A stretch of 36,001 bases of DNA from Candidatus Scatosoma sp. (GTDB lineage: Bacteria > Bacillota > Clostridia > Christensenellales > Borkfalkiaceae): positions 1-36,001 of the forward strand of contig JAZURU010000080.1 of NCBI GenBank assembly GCA_045606365.1, read 5' to 3'. The first letter of the stretch is position 1; every line of letters starts with the position of its first letter. Shown here in pieces: positions 33,229-36,001 of the stretch. Position numbers and translations under genes: made by a program. The notes beneath the pieces are model-generated. The model was not told where the DNA came from, searched no databases, and saw only the letters and a program-made list of their open reading frames with translations.

Positions 33229-33870
33229 TTATTCCTCGTTTCTTCTAAACAATTTTCCTGCCAAAATTGACAGCGACGCCGCCAAATCTTCTGTTTTCAA
33301 CACCACGCCCTTGGGGGGCACTAACGCCGCAGGAGCAAAGTTCCACACTGCCTTGATGCCTGCCGCCGCCATTTGATCCAGCACCTCCTGCGCCGCCGTT
33401 TTCGGCACGGCGATAATCCCGATGCGGATCTTTTTCTTTTCGACAAACGCCGCAAATTCTTCCATCGGCAAAATGGGCTTTCCCGCAACGCTGCCACCGA
33501 TCAGCCTTTCGTCCTTATCGAAGGCGGCAACGATGTTCATACCGTTGTTTTTAAACCCCTCGTAGCCCAGGAACGCCTTTCCCAGCCCACCCGTACCGAC
33601 GATGACGACGTCGGAAAGGTTATCATACCCTAAAAATTTTTCAATATCGGCAATCAGGGTTGTGACCCCAAAGCCCTTTCTTGGCACGCCCGCATTCGAG
33701 GAAACGACGGCAAGGTCCTTTCTAACCAGCACGGAGGATACGGAAATGCTCTGCGCGATCACCGAGGAGGAAATAAATCGTTCCCCCCGCGCGCTGGCCT
33801 CCTGCAAAAATCGAAGATACAGCGGCAGCCTACCGATGGTGGCTTTCGAAACTTCCTTTTTCTCTTGCAC
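33229..33870 (-). CDS. rex: Redox-sensing transcriptional repressor Rex
   Basis: N-terminal winged helix ATIGRLPLYLRFL. Rossmann motif VVIVGTGGLGKAF. 213 aa. GTG start with AGGAGG 6 nt upstream. Lies 5 nt upstream of the hydrogenase gene. Confidence 0.88.
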   Translation of the reverse strand: MQEKKEVSKATIGRLPLYLRFLQEASARGERFISSSVIAQSISVSSVLVRKDLAVVSSNAGVPRKGFGVTTLIADIEKFLGYDNLSDVVIVGTGGLGKAFLGYEGFKNNGMNIVAAFDKDERLIGGSVAGKPILPMEEFAAFVEKKKIRIGIIAVPKTAAQEVLDQMAAAGIKAVWNFAPAALVPPKGVVLKTEDLAASLSILAGKLFRRNEE

Positions 33871-33885
33871 GGCGTTCCTCCTTTG

Positions 33886-33903
33886 TCGATATTTTTTTAT
33901 CGA
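33886..33903. promoter_or_regulatory. Inverted repeat TCGATA-N6-TATCGA between the rex -10 and RBS (candidate operator)
   Basis: The plus strand reads TTGTCGATATTTTTTTATCGAAA. Arms TCGATA (33886-33891) and TATCGA (33898-33903). Sits about +1 to +25 of the predicted promoter. Confidence 0.3.
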
Positions 33904-33907
33904 AATT

Positions 33908-33937
33908 ATTATACCATAAACGGATAGAAAATAGCAA
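33908..33937 (-). promoter_or_regulatory. Candidate sigma-A promoter of the rex-hydrogenase-tilS-hpt unit
   Basis: Minus strand reads TTGCTA-18 nt-TATAAT, with TGG just upstream of the -10 (extended -10). Confidence 0.5.
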
Positions 33938-33938
33938 G

Positions 33939-33972
33939 AAAAAAAGAACGGATTTTTAAAATCCGTTTCTTT
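33939..33972 (-). terminator. Rho-independent terminator after the ABC ATPase gene
   Basis: Minus strand reads AAAGAAACGGATTTTAAAAATCCGTTCTTTTTTT: about 10-bp stem with one bulge, then T7, starting right after the TAA at 33973-33975. Confidence 0.7.
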
Positions 33973-34641
33973 TTACAGTTCTTTTAGGAAAGAGAGCAGC
34001 TTTTCGCGCTCGGCAAGTCCTTCCTCGTGCGCCCTTGGCTTTTTTCCTTGCGGCAAGCGCAGCGTATAAACGATACGCCCCCGATCCAGCACCGCAATCG
34101 TATCCGCCAAGCGCAAAGCCTCGTCCAAGTCGTGGGTCACCAGCACCGCCGTTCCCACCTTTTCCGCGATTAGCTTAGCGGTCAGCTCCATCATCTTCTC
34201 TTTGGTGGCGGTATCCAGCGCTGCAAACGGCTCATCTAGCAGCACGGTATCCGCCTCCACGCAAAACGCTCTTAACAAGGCAATCCTGCGCCCTTCGCCA
34301 CCCGACAGCTTTCCCGCCTTACGCTGCGCCAAATGCGCCATGTCTGCCGTTTGTAAAAGCTGGTCAATCACCTCGCACCTGCCCCCGACAAATTCCAAAT
34401 TTTGCCGAACGGTCATATACGGAATTAGCCGATTTTCTTGAAAGACGTAGCCCACCTTCTTCGGCAGATTTTCCAGCTCGCCCGCGCATTCGCAAAGCCC
34501 CGCCAGGATATTCAAAAGGGTCGTTTTCCCCGCGCCGCTTTTGCCTAAAACGCAGGTGATCTCCCCCCTTTTCATCTCCAAGGAAAGTCCGTCCAACGCG
34601 GTATGCTCGCCATATTCTTTTTTTACTTCGATCAGCCGCAT
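33973..34641 (-). CDS. ABC transporter ATP-binding protein (NitT/TauT-type), 222 aa
   Basis: Walker A GKSGAGKTT, signature LSGGEGRR, Walker B VLLDEPFAALD, H-loop VTHD. True start is the ATG at 34639-34641 (MRLIEVKK) with a GGGAGG RBS; it overlaps the permease stop by 10 nt. The track N-terminal extension is an artefact. Confidence 0.9.
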   Translation of the reverse strand: MRLIEVKKEYGEHTALDGLSLEMKRGEITCVLGKSGAGKTTLLNILAGLCECAGELENLPKKVGYVFQENRLIPYMTVRQNLEFVGGRCEVIDQLLQTADMAHLAQRKAGKLSGGEGRRIALLRAFCVEADTVLLDEPFAALDTATKEKMMELTAKLIAEKVGTAVLVTHDLDEALRLADTIAVLDRGRIVYTLRLPQGKKPRAHEEGLAEREKLLSFLKEL

Positions 34642-35393
34642 CTGCTTTCCTCCCAACGCTTTACCAGCCAAACGCCCAGCACCTCGATCGCCGCGCCTAA
34701 AAGGCAGACGATTGCCGTCAGCGCCATCATCGTTGCCACTTCGTATGCAAGGCTGGCATCCTGCATCCATCCGCCCAAGCTGCGATAGGTAAACGTCAGC
34801 ACCTCCGCAGACACGGTCAGCTTGAGGCCAAAGGAAAACGCCGCCACCCCCTCGCACAACAGCTTGGGCAGCGCCGTAGGCAGAAACAGCCCTTTTATCT
34901 GCTCTTTTTGGGGTACACGGTAGACCCTGCTCATCTCAATCAGCTTTTCATCCACGCCGCAAAGAGAGGAATACGCCGCCGTATACAGCAGCGGGAACAG
35001 CGTCAACGCGCCGATAACGACGGGCGCAAAATCATGGGATACCCACATCAGCAAAATCAGCAGCACCGCCATGGTAGGCAAGGCGCGCAAAATCGCCACA
35101 ATCCCCCGCAGACATTTCTCAAACGTGGGGGACAGGTACGCGATTACGGCAAGACCAATCCCCAAAACGCAGGCAATTAGAAACGCCAACGCCGCGCGCC
35201 CAAGCGTAGCAAAAAACGCCGCGTAAAACCCCGCGTTTCCCAGCAGCTTTCCCATCGCCAACGCCGTTTCCCAAGGCGAGGGCAGCACGTATTCGTTCCC
35301 TACGAAAAAGTAGGCAATCCCCCATACAAGGATTAAAAACGCGATTCCTGCAAGGGAGAGAACGATTGTATTTTTCAACAGCTTTTTCATCAT
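34632..35393 (-). CDS. ABC transporter permease (NitT/TauT-type), 253 aa
   Basis: About six TM segments and a BPD_transp_1-like conserved loop (..EMSRVYRVPQKEQIKGLFLPTALP). ATGA overlap with the upstream SBP gene. Confidence 0.85.
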   Translation of the reverse strand: MMKKLLKNTIVLSLAGIAFLILVWGIAYFFVGNEYVLPSPWETALAMGKLLGNAGFYAAFFATLGRAALAFLIACVLGIGLAVIAYLSPTFEKCLRGIVAILRALPTMAVLLILLMWVSHDFAPVVIGALTLFPLLYTAAYSSLCGVDEKLIEMSRVYRVPQKEQIKGLFLPTALPKLLCEGVAAFSFGLKLTVSAEVLTFTYRSLGGWMQDASLAYEVATMMALTAIVCLLGAAIEVLGVWLVKRWEESRCG

Positions 35394-36001
35394 GTATTTA
35401 GCAGGTAAAATTTTTCTTCAGGGATCGCCGCTTTGCTTGGGTCAATCGCAATCAATCTTTGTAAAAAGTCCTCGATCGCCGCCACTGCGCCACGATCCAT
35501 TCGCTGCAAGCGTATGCCGCTATGCAAAATCGCGCCGTCCGTCAGGGTATCCTTGGTAAAGGTGGGCGTCAAGCCCGCCGCAAGATGCGCCTGCACCGCA
35601 CCCGCAATGGTTGCTTTCTCTGCGCTTTGCAGCCAAGCGGTATTCGCCTCGATGCGTGCAAGCAAGGCTTGCAGCCATTCTCCGCGCTGTGAAACCACCT
35701 CGTTTTTAACCACCAAAACCGCCTGCGGATATCCGTTTCCGTCGCCGTAAAGCTGTTGCAGATCACCGACAAACCGCCATTCGCCCACCCCTGCGCGTCT
35801 GTCCGCCGCGGGCGAGGGAACAAGGTATACGTCCGCCCCATCTAACACCTTGGGGTCTGCCGCCTTTACGTTGACGGCGGTTTCGCTTACCGTCGCACCC
35901 CCCGAAAGATCGTTGCAGGGGATGCCCAACGCTGCAAGGCACGCCTTGAAGGTCAGCCCCGGCACGTTGTTCAGCTGCACCACACCAACCGTTTTTCCCG
36001 T
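35390..36001 (-). CDS. ABC transporter substrate-binding protein (NMT1/SsuA-like), C-terminal part only; 5' end beyond right edge
   Basis: The frame stays open to base 36001 (..TGKTVGVVQLNN..), so the track GTG start at 35983 is probably internal. Operon position is upstream of a NitT/TauT permease and ATPase. Confidence 0.7.
   Translation of the reverse strand, partial: TGKTVGVVQLNNVPGLTFKACLAALGIPCNDLSGGATVSETAVNVKAADPKVLDGADVYLVPSPAADRRAGVGEWRFVGDLQQLYGDGNGYPQAVLVVKNEVVSQRGEWLQALLARIEANTAWLQSAEKATIAGAVQAHLAAGLTPTFTKDTLTDGAILHSGIRLQRMDRGAVAAIEDFLQRLIAIDPSKAAIPEEKFYLLNT

Noticed and set aside
34642-34857. 72-codon N-terminal extension of the ABC ATPase ORF (track 33973-34857)
   Set aside because: The extension lies entirely inside the upstream permease gene and translates to Gly/Arg-rich junk. 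A GGGAGG RBS precedes the internal ATG at 34641, which gives a normal 222-aa ATPase starting MRLIEVKK.
1-36001. Search for CRISPR arrays, tRNA/rRNA, IS elements, integrases, phage or known defence genes (RM, Abi, CBASS, retron, toxin-antitoxin)
   Set aside because: All intergenic spaces longer than 60 nt were read. None contains spaced direct repeats, tRNA-like arms or terminal inverted repeats. No ORF shows transposase, integrase, methylase, reverse-transcriptase or nuclease-NTPase defence motifs. The only nuclease-helicase pair is canonical addBA.

Overview
This 36-kb chromosomal segment reads like a Bacillota (Clostridia-type) genome: AGGAGG-type RBSs, lipoprotein lipoboxes, addB-addA, rex-[FeFe] hydrogenase and tilS-hpt. 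I can support 24 protein genes plus 1 tentative small ORF; 23 of these 25 are on the minus strand. Layout: (i) 1-18114 is one long minus-strand carbohydrate-utilisation locus. In transcription order it encodes a GH4 (LplD-like) enzyme, a cytoplasmic TIM-barrel GH-like protein, a GH78-like six-hairpin glycosidase, and an LplA-like lipoprotein SBP with two CUT1 permeases and no ATPase. These are followed by three very large surface proteins (949 aa, 760 aa, >1084 aa) and a lipoprotein paralogue of the GH-like protein. The >1084-aa gene is absent from the supplied ORF track because it runs off the left edge. A divergent AraC regulator sits at 18403-19287. (ii) 19.6-21.7 kb holds an AEC-family transporter and two orphan small proteins. 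(iii) addB-addA. (iv) An orphan lipoprotein on the plus strand. (v) rex-[FeFe] hydrogenase-tilS-hpt. (vi) A NitT/TauT-type ABC transporter whose SBP is truncated at the right edge. I see no rRNA/tRNA, CRISPR array, transposase/integrase, phage genes or recognisable defence genes. The best candidate for something undescribed is the surface-protein set of the glycan locus. It is built from two module types I cannot assign to a named family: a ~195-aa module present three times, and a ~480-aa triple beta-sandwich cassette duplicated in tandem genes. Also notable are an unannotated 43-codon acidic ORF between the two paralogues and two overlapping perfect palindromes in the araC/GH4 control region. 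All functional calls are motif-level readings by eye; no database search or computation was possible.
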